Assembly (NCBI GenBank): GCA_034669905.1
Contig: JAXMOL010000018.1
Span: 64,001 to 128,000, forward strand
Direction of reading: 5' to 3'
DNA from: Candidatus Hydrogenedentota bacterium
GTDB taxonomy: Bacteria; Hydrogenedentota; Hydrogenedentia; Hydrogenedentales; JAEUWI01
DNA: 64,000 bases
Shown: piece by piece, positions 21,052 through 30,854 of the stretch
Layout of the letters: every line of letters begins with the position of its first letter
Position numbering within the stretch: the stretch's first letter is position 1
Notes under the pieces: generated by a model
Told to the model about the DNA's origin: nothing
Seen by the model: the letters and a program-made list of their open reading frames with translations, nothing else
The model's database searches: none
Position numbers and translations under genes: made by a program

Positions 21052-21060
21052 GGGCACAAC

Positions 21061-22173
21061 ATGCGGGCGTTGGAAAATAGAAAAATCGTGGGAATGCCAT
21101 ACGGTCTGCCGGGTCTTTGCGGGCGTAGTGGCGGTGCCGGGCCAGGGCGCCTCGGGCACTGGTTCCTACTCATTTTCCTCGGGTGCATGCCGGGCTTCCC
21201 CGCGGCTTCTGCTCCAGATGATTCCCTCGTTTTGTACGAGATTATTACCGCAGAGCACGAAAAGGCGCTTAAGCGATTGGAGACCCTGCGCTTCGAATAT
21301 ACCCGGACGATGGAAGAATTTCGCAGGGTAGATGACCAGGCCCTTCGGGTGCTTACGACGGTGACGGGGGCGGAGGAGAGCCGGGAAGGGCAACTGTTTT
21401 GCGATGTGGCCTTCGCGCACAAATTTCCAGACGGCAACCCGAGGGGATTTGAAGAGGCGTGGGCCAAACGCCTGGTGGTGAACAAGCAGCAGGTGGCGAG
21501 TTGGAATGTTGGCAGCCACCGGGCGGACAGTTGGGAAGTTCCGGTTGCCAGCGAGGCCGCGCGCATCGTGGATCGGCAATTCTTGACGCTGCGTTGCCCC
21601 TTGTTAATAAAAGCCTACGGCGATGACAACATGACGCTGTCGGAGTTCAAGAACTATCTCAAACGTCACAACAACTGGCGTGTCACGGTAGAGACGCGGG
21701 AGGACGGTGATGACACCCTCTACGTGGTTACCCAGTATGCGGATGCTGCGAAAGAGAAGCCCTACAAACAATTGACCCTTTCCGGCCACCAGGGATTCAT
21801 GGTGCGCGAGATTACCCATTTTACGGAGGGGGGCGCGGTTTACCAGAAGACCCAGGTGACGCCCAAAGAGATTGCGCCGGGTGTCTGGTTTCCCATGCAC
21901 TATGAAACGGTTGGTTATGCGACGGAAGGCGAAGGCGGTGAATCCGATCCGGTGAAGGTAGACTATCGCTCGGGCTGTGAGGTGCACACGGTTACGTTGG
22001 CTCCCGAAGCCCCAGCGCATGGCTTTGGGCTCGAGGCACTGGGGGTGGCCGACGGGCAGGGATTTAACCTGCACCAGAGTTCCGGAAAGAACGAGGCCCA
22101 GGTGTTTTTTCAGGGGGAGTTGTTGCCGCCAGACGTATACCGCGAGTTTGTCGCATTGCAGTCCGAACCCTGA
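21061..22173 (+). CDS. Hypothetical exported protein, possibly LolA/LolB-like beta-fold
   Basis: 10 nt after the previous gene; hydrophobic N-terminal segment; beta-rich body with EIAPGVWFP motif seen in LolA-like PVC proteins (weak). Confidence 0.6.
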   Translation: MRALENRKIVGMPYGLPGLCGRSGGAGPGRLGHWFLLIFLGCMPGFPAASAPDDSLVLYEIITAEHEKALKRLETLRFEYTRTMEEFRRVDDQALRVLTTVTGAEESREGQLFCDVAFAHKFPDGNPRGFEEAWAKRLVVNKQQVASWNVGSHRADSWEVPVASEAARIVDRQFLTLRCPLLIKAYGDDNMTLSEFKNYLKRHNNWRVTVETREDGDDTLYVVTQYADAAKEKPYKQLTLSGHQGFMVREITHFTEGGAVYQKTQVTPKEIAPGVWFPMHYETVGYATEGEGGESDPVKVDYRSGCEVHTVTLAPEAPAHGFGLEALGVADGQGFNLHQSSGKNEAQVFFQGELLPPDVYREFVALQSEP

Positions 22174-22224
22174 ATGGACCGGATGAAAGATTCCACCATT
22201 CCGTAACCAGAAGGATATCAGTCG

Positions 22225-22698
22225 ATGATTCGAAATTACGCATACCTGAGTGGCGCTTCCCTCTTGGTGATAGCCGTGGCCCTGACCCCCTTGCTACTGT
22301 TGGCGCCGCCCGTATTGGCAAGTGGTACGCCCTGCTACAGCCCCGGGTCACGGGAGCCGGAAGAGGAGCTCGTGACCTGTGCTTCCCAGTGTGACTATGG
22401 CACCTACTGCCGCTACAACTATGAAACCTTGACCTATACCTACACCATCTGCAGCGTGGGGGGAACGGGCTCGGAGCAACAGTGCGAAGAGGTGGAAGTG
22501 GTCGTTGAGGAACGGACCCGCTGCATTAAAGATGCCACGAAAGAGTGTGACTCGCCACCGTGGCCTCCGGGATGTGTGTCGGGTGGATGTGTCGAAAACA
22601 GCAATGAATACCAATGCAAGGTCGATCCGAATCGCACCACGCTCATCGTCAAGGAAGACAAACTCCTCCCTTATGAGACCTTCCAGAGTTGTGACTGA
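22225..22698 (+). CDS. Small secreted cysteine-rich protein (12 Cys)
   Basis: Signal peptide ending PPVLA; 12 Cys in about 125 mature residues; AGGA upstream. Confidence 0.75.
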   Translation: MIRNYAYLSGASLLVIAVALTPLLLLAPPVLASGTPCYSPGSREPEEELVTCASQCDYGTYCRYNYETLTYTYTICSVGGTGSEQQCEEVEVVVEERTRCIKDATKECDSPPWPPGCVSGGCVENSNEYQCKVDPNRTTLIVKEDKLLPYETFQSCD

Positions 22699-22732
22699 CG
22701 GGTATCGCGAATACGTTGCCGGTGGGGGGCGC

Positions 22733-23773
22733 ATGGTTGCTCCCCGGTGCCCGCAGGGCGGGGGAGACGTTGCCCGGTGGCGCCCTTCGTGGCGGGTGCT
22801 GACAGTCGTCGTGGCCCTGGCAAACCTTGCGGTCCTCGTCAGTGCTCCCCACGCATTCGCCGATCACCCTCCGGTCCTTCTCGCCCCAGATGCCCAGGTG
22901 GTCACGGTGGAGTTGGGCGAGATGCGCCGGGGTGGCCACATGGAACTCCAGATTCCAGTGCAAAACCCACTTGGGTTCCCAGCCACAATTCACAACGTCC
23001 ACTCATCCTGTTCGTGTACCGTCGCAAAGAATGTCGCGGGGGACACCCTCGCTCCGGGTGAAGCCCTTTCGCTGCCTCTTAGCCTCAACCTCGCGAACAA
23101 GTCCGGCAAGTTTCACCAATCGGTGCACCTGGGCCTTGCCCCGCCCGTTGGGGATGTCACGATTAAGCTGCGCGGCGTGGTGGTGGAAGAGTACCCCGCG
23201 GAGATACACGTCGAGAACTTGCGCGCCGGTGAATCGACACGCGAGCGTTTCCTGTTGCGGACGTGGCCGGGACAGCCCCCCCTGCGCGTAGAGAAAGCCG
23301 TGTCCGATGTGCCGGGCATCGACTTGGCCATTGAGGAAGTCGATGCGAATACGGTAGCGGTGGAACTGGTCATCACGGCTGGAGCGCGGGGTGAACAGCT
23401 CGAGGGACAAGTTTCGCTGCACACCAATGATTCGGAAGTGCCCCTGAAGGCCCTGCGGGTCCATGCTTCGGTCTTGGATTCCCTGGAGCCGTCGGTGGAA
23501 AAGCTGGTCTTTGGCGCCGTCAAGCCCGGTGCGGCACAGACCCTGACCATGACGGTATCCACGCCGTACACGACCGACACCCCGGTTTTCCGTCTGGAGC
23601 AGAAAAATGATGACCGTTTCGCCATCACCCTCACGCCGTCGCCGGGTAAGTGCGTGCTCGAGGCGACCGTCCGCGCGAAGGATTCAGATCGTGGCATTCT
23701 GCGCGACACGATCGTGCTGATTAGCGCCGACGGAACTTCGCTGGTGATTCCGGCCTTCGCCCTGGTGCAATAA
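22733..23773 (+). CDS. DUF1573 (Ig-like) domain protein
   Basis: IPVQNPLGFPATIHNVHSSCSCT...TLAPGE matches the DUF1573 SCxCT pattern; two further Ig-like units (LHTND); signal peptide. Confidence 0.8.
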   Translation: MVAPRCPQGGGDVARWRPSWRVLTVVVALANLAVLVSAPHAFADHPPVLLAPDAQVVTVELGEMRRGGHMELQIPVQNPLGFPATIHNVHSSCSCTVAKNVAGDTLAPGEALSLPLSLNLANKSGKFHQSVHLGLAPPVGDVTIKLRGVVVEEYPAEIHVENLRAGESTRERFLLRTWPGQPPLRVEKAVSDVPGIDLAIEEVDANTVAVELVITAGARGEQLEGQVSLHTNDSEVPLKALRVHASVLDSLEPSVEKLVFGAVKPGAAQTLTMTVSTPYTTDTPVFRLEQKNDDRFAITLTPSPGKCVLEATVRAKDSDRGILRDTIVLISADGTSLVIPAFALVQ

Positions 23774-23788
23774 GGTGGACGTCCCGAT

Positions 23789-24928
23789 TCAGGCGTTATT
23801 CGCCTGAATCGCCTTTACCCCGGCAATGAGGGTGTCCATGTGCGATTCTGACAGAAGCAACATCGTCTGGGGTATCCACAACCCTTCCTCCCGACACAGT
23901 GCTTCGGTTGCAGGACAACTGCAAGCCCCGTAGTCGTGGCGCTCAAGAAATTTCTGGAAAACGGGTTGCTCGTAGAGGGGAATGGGATAGCCCGCACCAA
24001 TGGGAAGGCCGGCCGCCTCTGCCTTTTTCAGGAATGCGTCCCGCGACATACCAAAGGCCTGGGCATCAAAACGGATGCAATATAAATGGTAGGAACGGCG
24101 GGTCATTTCTGACGGCGTCGGCTGGGGGGTGATTCCTGGGATGGCTCCCAGGCCCGCATCAAGTTGGGCAGCCCGGGCCTCCCGGGTGGCCAGTTGCTCG
24201 GGGTACCGTTCCAATTGCGCGAGCAGGAGGGCCGCGCCAAACTCCGTGAGACGGGCGTTCGTACCCAGATTAATGTGGTGATACCAGGCCGCCCCCTCTT
24301 CCCGGCCACAATTCACAATGCTGCGGCACCGGGCCGCCAACGCCGCATCGTTGGACACAATAATGCCGCCTTCACCTGCCGTGAGATTCTTCGACTCCTG
24401 GAAACTGAAAACGCCACAACAGCCGATGGTCCCCGCACCACGCTCCTGCGAGGCGCTGCCCCAGGCATGACAGGCGTCTTCGATGAGATGTAGGCCGTGT
24501 GTATCCGCCAGGGCCTTGAAGGCGTCGATGTGGGCCATTGAACCCCCAAAATGGACGGGCATGATGGCCTTGCATTGGGGGGTAATCGCGGCTTCCACGG
24601 CCACCGGATTCATACACCAGCTTTCGTCCACGTCGGCGAATACCGGTGTGGCACCCACCCGAAGGACCGCCGTGGCCGTGGCGATAAAGGTGTAGGGGGG
24701 CACGATGACCTCATCGCCCGGTCCGATTTCCAGGGCCTCAAGCACCACTTCCAGGGCGGTGGTGCCGCTGGTGCAGGCGACGCCGTGTTCGGCTCCCTGA
24801 AACGCGGCATAGGCGGCTTCAAAGGCACGCACTTCATCGCCATTAAACCATTGTCGGCGCTCTAATACACGGGTCAAGGCGGCTCGTTCATGGTCGTCGT
24901 ATACCGGCCAGGATGCTTCAAATGACAT
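23789..24928 (-). CDS. DegT/DnrJ/EryC1/StrS family PLP aminotransferase
   Basis: SGTTAL, GDEVIVPPYTFIAT, IMPVHFGG, IEDACHAWG, FSFQESKNLTAGEGG (catalytic Lys). Confidence 0.93.
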   Translation of the reverse strand: MSFEASWPVYDDHERAALTRVLERRQWFNGDEVRAFEAAYAAFQGAEHGVACTSGTTALEVVLEALEIGPGDEVIVPPYTFIATATAVLRVGATPVFADVDESWCMNPVAVEAAITPQCKAIMPVHFGGSMAHIDAFKALADTHGLHLIEDACHAWGSASQERGAGTIGCCGVFSFQESKNLTAGEGGIIVSNDAALAARCRSIVNCGREEGAAWYHHINLGTNARLTEFGAALLLAQLERYPEQLATREARAAQLDAGLGAIPGITPQPTPSEMTRRSYHLYCIRFDAQAFGMSRDAFLKKAEAAGLPIGAGYPIPLYEQPVFQKFLERHDYGACSCPATEALCREEGLWIPQTMLLLSESHMDTLIAGVKAIQANNA

Positions 24929-25154
24929 GGAGGGAGAGTTCCTGTTAGAAAATGGGTGTGAATAGTGATAATTATATACTTCGGGTGAACAAGTCTAGGC
25001 AGATTGCCCCCGCTGTGCTAGACTAAATCATTGGTTGACACCAGTGCAAGCGGATCCGGGTTCCGAGGGTGTCGTGGTAAATGGGTTCTAACGGGAGGAC
25101 GTGTAGAAGGATTGGCTCAAGGAATCAGGTGACGAATCGAAGGAGGTAGTGTGT

Positions 25155-25649
25155 ATGCAGACGATTGGAGATGTCATTAAACCGCGGGATATCTATTGGG
25201 TCAGTGCCGATGACTCGATAAGACAGACCGTTCGCTACATTTGCGAGCGGAAGACCGGGGCGGTGGCCGTTAAAGAAGGTGAAGACGTCGTGGGGGTCTT
25301 TTCGGAACGAGACCTTATGCACCGCGTCGTTAACGCCGGAATCGACATGGATAGCACGACGGTGAAGGAGGTAATGACTTCGGACCCCTATTCCGTTTCG
25401 ATGGAAGACGAAATCCGCTACGCAAAGGCGGTCATGTTCAAATTTAACGTGCGCCATCTGGTGGTGGTGGGTAAGGGAGACGTGTTCAAGGGCCTGGTGT
25501 CCATGCGTGACCTTATAGAAATTGATATGGCCGAATCTTCCGAGATGATAGAAAAACTCAACGATGGGTACTACGAGTCGGCCTATCGGAGCCGTTGGCG
25601 TATGTCATCAAATCGCGTCATTGAAGAGCGCTATCAGCCACAGCAATAA
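25155..25649 (+). CDS. CBS domain pair protein
   Basis: GVFSERDL, VKEVMT, VRHLVV, GLVSMRDL; AGGAGG RBS at 25141-25146. Confidence 0.9.
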   Translation: MQTIGDVIKPRDIYWVSADDSIRQTVRYICERKTGAVAVKEGEDVVGVFSERDLMHRVVNAGIDMDSTTVKEVMTSDPYSVSMEDEIRYAKAVMFKFNVRHLVVVGKGDVFKGLVSMRDLIEIDMAESSEMIEKLNDGYYESAYRSRWRMSSNRVIEERYQPQQ

Positions 25650-25669
25650 TCGCGCACCCCATAACATTT

Positions 25670-25706
25670 CCCCCTGACCGGCAGCTGTTTGGTCAGGGGG
25701 TTTCTC
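25670..25706 (+). terminator. Putative intrinsic terminator
   Basis: CCCCCTGACC / GGTCAGGGGG stem followed by TTTCT, just after the CBS gene. Confidence 0.6.
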
Positions 25707-25942
25707 TATGTTCTTGGAGGCGCAGGCGATTTTTGTGCGTTGTGGTTGCATACGCCCGTGCCAACGGGCGATACTATGTGGCCTATTACGACTTTTCTGC
25801 CCCCGGAGACCACCGCGCAACACGTCGCGTCGGGACAGGAAGGTCAGCCCAGCGCCCGAGGTATGCATGCCGTCGAGAGGGTGTAGCTGATGCGAACACA
25901 GGAATTAACCCTACCCCAGTGGGGTAATCGGGAGAATCATAG

Positions 25943-26875
25943 ATGGCCCAGATGCAGCCCGGCGATTTCGCCTATTTTGAAGGGAAATTTGTGCCCACGG
26001 AGGAGGCACGTCTGAGTGTCATGACCCATGCCTTCAACTACGGAACTGCGCTGTTTGAAGGTATTCGCGGTTACTACAACGCCGAGGAAGACAATGTCTT
26101 TATCTTCCGGCTCCCGGAACATATTGACCGTTTCGTGCGCAATTTCAGTATTCTCTGTATGGAGATTCCGGAAGACCGGGACCGGATTGAAGAGATCTGT
26201 CTCGAAGTCGCCCGAAAGAGCGCCCTGCGTGAAGACATCTATCTCCGTCCCATCTGCTACAAAGACCAACTCAGTTTGGGGCCAGCGGTGTACGGCGTTT
26301 CCAGCTCCATGTGCTGTTACCTCATCAAACTCGGAGACTACGTCGATACCACCGAAGGCCTCGATGTGGCCATTTCTTCCTGGCGCCGCCTCTCCGACAA
26401 CGCGATTCCGACCCGGGCCAAGACGACCGGTAGCTATATCAATTCCTCGCTGGCGGCCACCGAGGCCAAGCGCTCGGGCTTTCATGAGGCCATTTTCCTG
26501 CGGGAAGACGGTACGGTAGCCGAAGGCAGTGCCATGAATCTCTTCGTTATTCAAGGTAACCAGTTGATCACGCCGCCACCCAATGCGGATATTCTCGTCG
26601 GTATCACCCGCAATACCATCATGCAGCTTGCGGAAGAGCAATTCGGCATGAAGATCGTCGAACGGCCCATCGCGCGGACCGAGTTGTATATCAGTGATGA
26701 AGCGTTCTTTTGCGGGACAGGCGCGCAGGTAGCCCCCATTCGTTCCGTCGACCGCCGCCTCATCGGTGACGGAAAGCCCGGTGAAAAGACAAAGCAACTC
26801 CAGGATTACTACTTTGACGTCGTGCAAGGCAAAGTGCCGGAGTATCGCCACTGGTGCGCACCGGTCTTCAGCTAA
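25943..26875 (+). CDS. ilvE: Branched-chain amino acid aminotransferase
   Basis: THAFNYGTALFEGIRGY, YLRP, AKTTGSY, AEGSAMNLF, ILVGITR, DEAFFCGTGAQV. Confidence 0.93.
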   Translation: MAQMQPGDFAYFEGKFVPTEEARLSVMTHAFNYGTALFEGIRGYYNAEEDNVFIFRLPEHIDRFVRNFSILCMEIPEDRDRIEEICLEVARKSALREDIYLRPICYKDQLSLGPAVYGVSSSMCCYLIKLGDYVDTTEGLDVAISSWRRLSDNAIPTRAKTTGSYINSSLAATEAKRSGFHEAIFLREDGTVAEGSAMNLFVIQGNQLITPPPNADILVGITRNTIMQLAEEQFGMKIVERPIARTELYISDEAFFCGTGAQVAPIRSVDRRLIGDGKPGEKTKQLQDYYFDVVQGKVPEYRHWCAPVFS

Positions 26876-26897
26876 TCCCCAATTTTGAATGCCTTGG

Positions 26898-26930
26898 AGA
26901 GCGCCCGGCGTGTTTCGGGCGCTCTTTTCT
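26898..26930. terminator. Putative terminator between convergent ilvE and aldolase genes
   Basis: AGAGCGCCCG / CGGGCGCTCT stem followed by TTTCT. Confidence 0.65.
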
Positions 26931-27610
26931 TATGCTTTTCCGTACAGGTCGGCGGTGTAAATGGGACCCATCGCACCATAGGCCCGCCGCGCCGCCAGCG
27001 TCCGGTCCACCTCATCGGCGTTGAGTGGCTGCAGATCGCCCAGCAGGTGGGCTGCGAAGAGGGTCTGCGCTGCGTGTTCCAGCTTCTCCAGTTTGAAGTA
27101 GGCTTCTTCGACCGTCTTGCCCACCGTAACCGATCCATGGCGATCCAGCATGGCGGCGTCGCAGGTGCGGATCAGGGGACGGATGACATCATTGCCCTCC
27201 GGTGTCCCGGGCGTTGCGTAGGCACTCGTCGGAATACCACCAAAGGCCGCCACGACCTCGGGGAGTACCGCCTCGCTGAGGGAGCGCCCAGCCAGGGTAA
27301 AGGCAATGGCATGGGGCGGGTGGGCATGGACGACGGCTTCCACATCCGGTCGCTCGTCATAGCAGGCAAGGTGGGTGGGCAGTTCCGACGTTACCTTGCC
27401 GGTCCCGGCCACTTTCTCACCCGATGCATCGGCGAGAATGAGGTCCCCGGGCGCCATGAAGCCTTTGGATACGTTGCTCGGAGTACAGAGGAATGTGCCA
27501 TCTTCCAACCTTACGCTGATGTTTCCGTCCGACGCGGCGACAAGATTCCGGGCGTACATACGGCGACCGACCTCGCAGATCTTTTCACGCAGGGCTGTGC
27601 TGTCCTTCAT
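26930..27610 (-). CDS. Class II aldolase/adducin family protein (fuculose-1-phosphate aldolase-like)
   Basis: DGNISVR, TPS..SKG, TSELPTH, AVVHAHPP, LDRHG. Confidence 0.92.
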   Translation of the reverse strand: MKDSTALREKICEVGRRMYARNLVAASDGNISVRLEDGTFLCTPSNVSKGFMAPGDLILADASGEKVAGTGKVTSELPTHLACYDERPDVEAVVHAHPPHAIAFTLAGRSLSEAVLPEVVAAFGGIPTSAYATPGTPEGNDVIRPLIRTCDAAMLDRHGSVTVGKTVEEAYFKLEKLEHAAQTLFAAHLLGDLQPLNADEVDRTLAARRAYGAMGPIYTADLYGKA

Positions 27611-28542
27611 GGGGGCGTTTCCTTGTGTAATGTATTTAAGACTCCTGGGCCCCGAAACCAGAGCCACCATGCATGCTCCAGCACGGCGCTCAGGCGGTCA
27701 TAGGTGATCACTTCCGCCGGGGCAAAAACTTCCAGCCAACCGGAACGTTGCTGACCACTGTCACAACCGCTCAGGTAGACAAATCGAAGGGCAGAGTTGA
27801 TTTCCATGCCTTCCAGATCCGATGGGGCCAGCCAGCCGTCCGGAAGCATGAGCCCCTTGCTCGTGCCATGGGTGCCCATGTAGATGAACTCCGCCTCCGA
27901 CACCGCCCGCCGCACGGACTCCCGTTCGAATTTCTGGACCACCACACTGCCCTCGCCCCACAACGTCGTACCCCTTCGGGTAATGGGGTAGAAGGCCAGT
28001 TGGAAAAACCACCGGGGAAAGACATCGTTGTCCTCGAAGAGGAGGTGTATCTTGCCATCGAGATTATCGGCCGGCGCCAGGTGTTCTCCGTGACGGGCCA
28101 TCGGTATAAGGGCCAGGATCACACCAAAGGCCGCGAGGAGGCATGCGGAGTTGCATTGCCACAGCCGCGGTCGTTCGGTGAGTCGCTGTATCAGGGGCAT
28201 GGGCCGGCAAGAGCCGGCGAGGGCAAGGCCAATGCCAAAGACCCAGAAAACCGCCCACGCCAGAAAGAGTTTACGCAGGGTGCCCAGCGTGTATCGTTCC
28301 ACCTGGAAGTCCTCATAGACGCCCCGATGATGGACGAGGAGGTAGGACAGGGCGACGGCCGTAAGGGCAAACAGCGTCGTCAGGACCACGAAAACCGTGA
28401 ATAAGGCAGCGGCCTGTTGAAAGTGGTGCCGGGAATACTGATCACGGCGTAACCGGGGGAGGAAGAGCACGAAGGGCTGTAGCCCCAGGTAGAACGCGGT
28501 GGCCCGTAAACGAATCTGCCAGGATGTGGAACTGTCGGTCAT
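27607..28542 (-). CDS. Membrane protein: DUF4870/Tic20-like TM region fused to putative caspase/CHAT-like His-Cys domain
   Basis: Several hydrophobic helices (RHHFQQA..., GIGLALAGSCRPMPLI); C-terminal FIYMGTHG and FVYLSGCDSG. 4-bp overlap with the aldolase gene. Confidence 0.6.
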   Translation of the reverse strand: MTDSSTSWQIRLRATAFYLGLQPFVLFLPRLRRDQYSRHHFQQAAALFTVFVVLTTLFALTAVALSYLLVHHRGVYEDFQVERYTLGTLRKLFLAWAVFWVFGIGLALAGSCRPMPLIQRLTERPRLWQCNSACLLAAFGVILALIPMARHGEHLAPADNLDGKIHLLFEDNDVFPRWFFQLAFYPITRRGTTLWGEGSVVVQKFERESVRRAVSEAEFIYMGTHGTSKGLMLPDGWLAPSDLEGMEINSALRFVYLSGCDSGQQRSGWLEVFAPAEVITYDRLSAVLEHAWWLWFRGPGVLNTLHKETPP

Positions 28543-28882
28543 GGTGGGGGATTACATCGTGCAGTGCACAAGGGCCACGGAGTCACCCCGTAAGGATGGG
28601 CAACAGGAACTCAAGGGAAACAGGTATACTACTCACATACGGGATACTACCAGAAACGACCGTGGAGACGCGAGAGTCGTTTGGCGCAGAATCGTCGGGC
28701 AGGTCCGTTTGAAATGACATCATGTTTAGTGTAAAACAAGATGAAGGTGAGGTGGGCGTGATCAGTCTTCCAGCGTCCTCCATGCGATGGCGTGTAGTTG
28801 TTGGATGGGGAGGGGACTCTTCTCGGGGAAAGATTCTCATTCAGGACCGTCGCGCCGCGGTGAGAGCAAAGGAGCAGTGATC

Positions 28883-29974
28883 GTGTCCGAGAATGATAGT
28901 CATGCGTCCGATGAGATGCGCCTGTGCGCGAGCTGTCGAATGAAAGTCAGCGTGTGGGCCACCAAGTGTCACTATTGCGGCGAAGATTTGGGGCGCCCGC
29001 GCCGGGAAGAAACCAAGCTTACCCTCAAAGATCTGGGGGGCGGACAACAGACTTCCTATACCCCGTCTGGCAACGTGACCGGTGCCCTGGAGTCCTTTCG
29101 CGTCGAAGAGGTGGCCGCCGAGGCATCTCGGGCCCGTAGCCGACCCCGGGGATTATGGGCGCGGATTTTCGGAAAGACCCCGCCCCTCGCCGAGCCGATT
29201 AAATCCGGTGGGGAAGAACTCGCCGAGCTCGATGAATATAGCAAGAACCTCGCGGCCTCCATTCTGGACGATATGCCGGCCGGTTCCATTGCCAGTAGTT
29301 CACAATCCCGCTCAACGGCCGCGCCCCAATCACCCCTCGTCAGTCGTATTATCGGAATTGGTGGCGTGGTACTCGGTCTAATCGTCGCCTACTTCGTGCT
29401 CAGCGTCGCCTGGACCTGGGTGAGTGACTATCTTGAGGCCCGAAACCGGCCCGTGGAAATCGCCTACGTGAATAAGGCCCCCGAGATGCTCGCCCGCGGA
29501 GAGAGTTCGGTTGATGTCTTCGAAGAGGCGATTAAGGCGCTGCGGATCAACGATAACGAGGCCAATCGCGACGTGGTCGAGCAAGTCCGCGCGTTGCTCC
29601 TCCATGATGTGGATATGTTACTGGAGCGCAACCCCTGGAAAGTCGCTGATCAGGATAAGGCCTATCGCTATATTCAGCGCGCCGTAAACATCGACAATCA
29701 CCCCGCCATTGCCGCGAAATTTGATGAGGTGAACGCGGAAGTCGCGGCCTACAAGTTCGTCCTGAAAGCGATTGACGCGTCAGGGACGAAGGCGACCTTT
29801 CGCCTGAACCATCCCGATTACGAACCGGAAGTAGAGGTTGAGTTGGCCGATCGCCTGATGGACCGCTTTATCATCCAGCGCATATCGAAGACGGGGGTAG
29901 ACCTGAGTGACGACAAGGTGGATGGGCGCCGATTGAATATCAAAGTGAACGAAGGCGTCCGCTCTCGCTATTAG
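28883..29974 (+). CDS. Zinc-ribbon, single-TM hypothetical protein (start uncertain)
   Basis: CASC...CHYCG ribbon; TM segment IIGIGGVVLGLIVAYFVLSVAW; GGAG upstream. Confidence 0.75.
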   Translation: MSENDSHASDEMRLCASCRMKVSVWATKCHYCGEDLGRPRREETKLTLKDLGGGQQTSYTPSGNVTGALESFRVEEVAAEASRARSRPRGLWARIFGKTPPLAEPIKSGGEELAELDEYSKNLAASILDDMPAGSIASSSQSRSTAAPQSPLVSRIIGIGGVVLGLIVAYFVLSVAWTWVSDYLEARNRPVEIAYVNKAPEMLARGESSVDVFEEAIKALRINDNEANRDVVEQVRALLLHDVDMLLERNPWKVADQDKAYRYIQRAVNIDNHPAIAAKFDEVNAEVAAYKFVLKAIDASGTKATFRLNHPDYEPEVEVELADRLMDRFIIQRISKTGVDLSDDKVDGRRLNIKVNEGVRSRY

Positions 29975-30129
29975 GGAGAATCCTGGGGAACCGGGTACGT
30001 GATCGTGCGGTTATTTGTGCTATGATGGGGGCCTTTTGAGGTGGGACGTGGGTCCCCGTGTTTCCTGTTCAGGCCGCAGTGTTGTCGGGCCGCTCCCTTT
30101 GAGGGAAACACCAACGTGGATGAGCAAGT

Positions 30130-30789
30130 ATGATGATGAAAAGTTCTCTGGTGAAGTTTGGCCGTGGTCTGGCCGTCGTGGCCCTCTCCGGGGCCTTGGG
30201 ACTCTTGAGTTCCTGCGCCACCGTAAAAGGTTGGCGCGGTAGTGATCAGGAGGCAGGTCCCACGGTCACCGAAGCCACCGTCGGCGAGTCGGCTTCCGAA
30301 TCCGAGTTGGAGGCCGAACTGCTCCAGCTGGTAAAACAGCACGTGGCCGAAGTCGAAGAAGACAGCAGTAGCAATCAGAGCCGTATCATTCGTAAGCGGC
30401 CCTACTATTTCAAGGAATACAGCAACTATCCTGCTGCAGCCACGCCCTTGGAAGTGGTGCTCACGGAAACCGAGTCACGGACCGCACCCTATGTGGCCGA
30501 TGTGAAGCTGGAAAAAGTGCGCTATGCGACCCGTCTGCACCGCAGTCGGGATGAGGCCCGTCTGGACAGCAGCTTTCTTCGGGATACGGGTTCGGAAACC
30601 TTAAGCTATGAGCTGCGCAGTGGCCGTTGGATCCGGGTAGGGAGCTTCTTCCTGGCCGAAAAGACCGAAGAACAGGTCAATGGCGACTGGGTAGTCGTGC
30701 AACGCATGTTGCAGCGCACCGTACAGGCAGAAGAGCCTGAAAAAGGCTGGTTTGGCCGTAGCTGGTCCCGATTGACGGGCAGCGAGTAA
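30130..30789 (+). CDS. Hypothetical lipoprotein
   Basis: Lipobox-like LLSSC after a hydrophobic stretch. Confidence 0.72.
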   Translation: MMMKSSLVKFGRGLAVVALSGALGLLSSCATVKGWRGSDQEAGPTVTEATVGESASESELEAELLQLVKQHVAEVEEDSSSNQSRIIRKRPYYFKEYSNYPAAATPLEVVLTETESRTAPYVADVKLEKVRYATRLHRSRDEARLDSSFLRDTGSETLSYELRSGRWIRVGSFFLAEKTEEQVNGDWVVVQRMLQRTVQAEEPEKGWFGRSWSRLTGSE

Positions 30790-30854
30790 CAGGCAATTGG
30801 GACCGGGCACACATCGGTTGGGGTGTGTGCCAGTAGTTGTTGGGATACCCATAC

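Noticed and set aside
22505..22732. N-terminal extension of the DUF1573 ORF overlapping the Cys-rich gene
   Set aside because: The extension is non-protein-like, and the signal peptide only begins after ATG 22733.
23789..24928. AHBA-synthase-like aminotransferase as sign of an antibiotic cluster
   Set aside because: No PKS, NRPS or sugar-biosynthesis neighbours; the family is widespread.
25707..25942. Attenuator or leader peptide upstream of ilvE
   Set aside because: No Ile/Leu/Val-rich leader with terminator found; only a short TACCCCA-G-TGGGGTA hairpin near the RBS.
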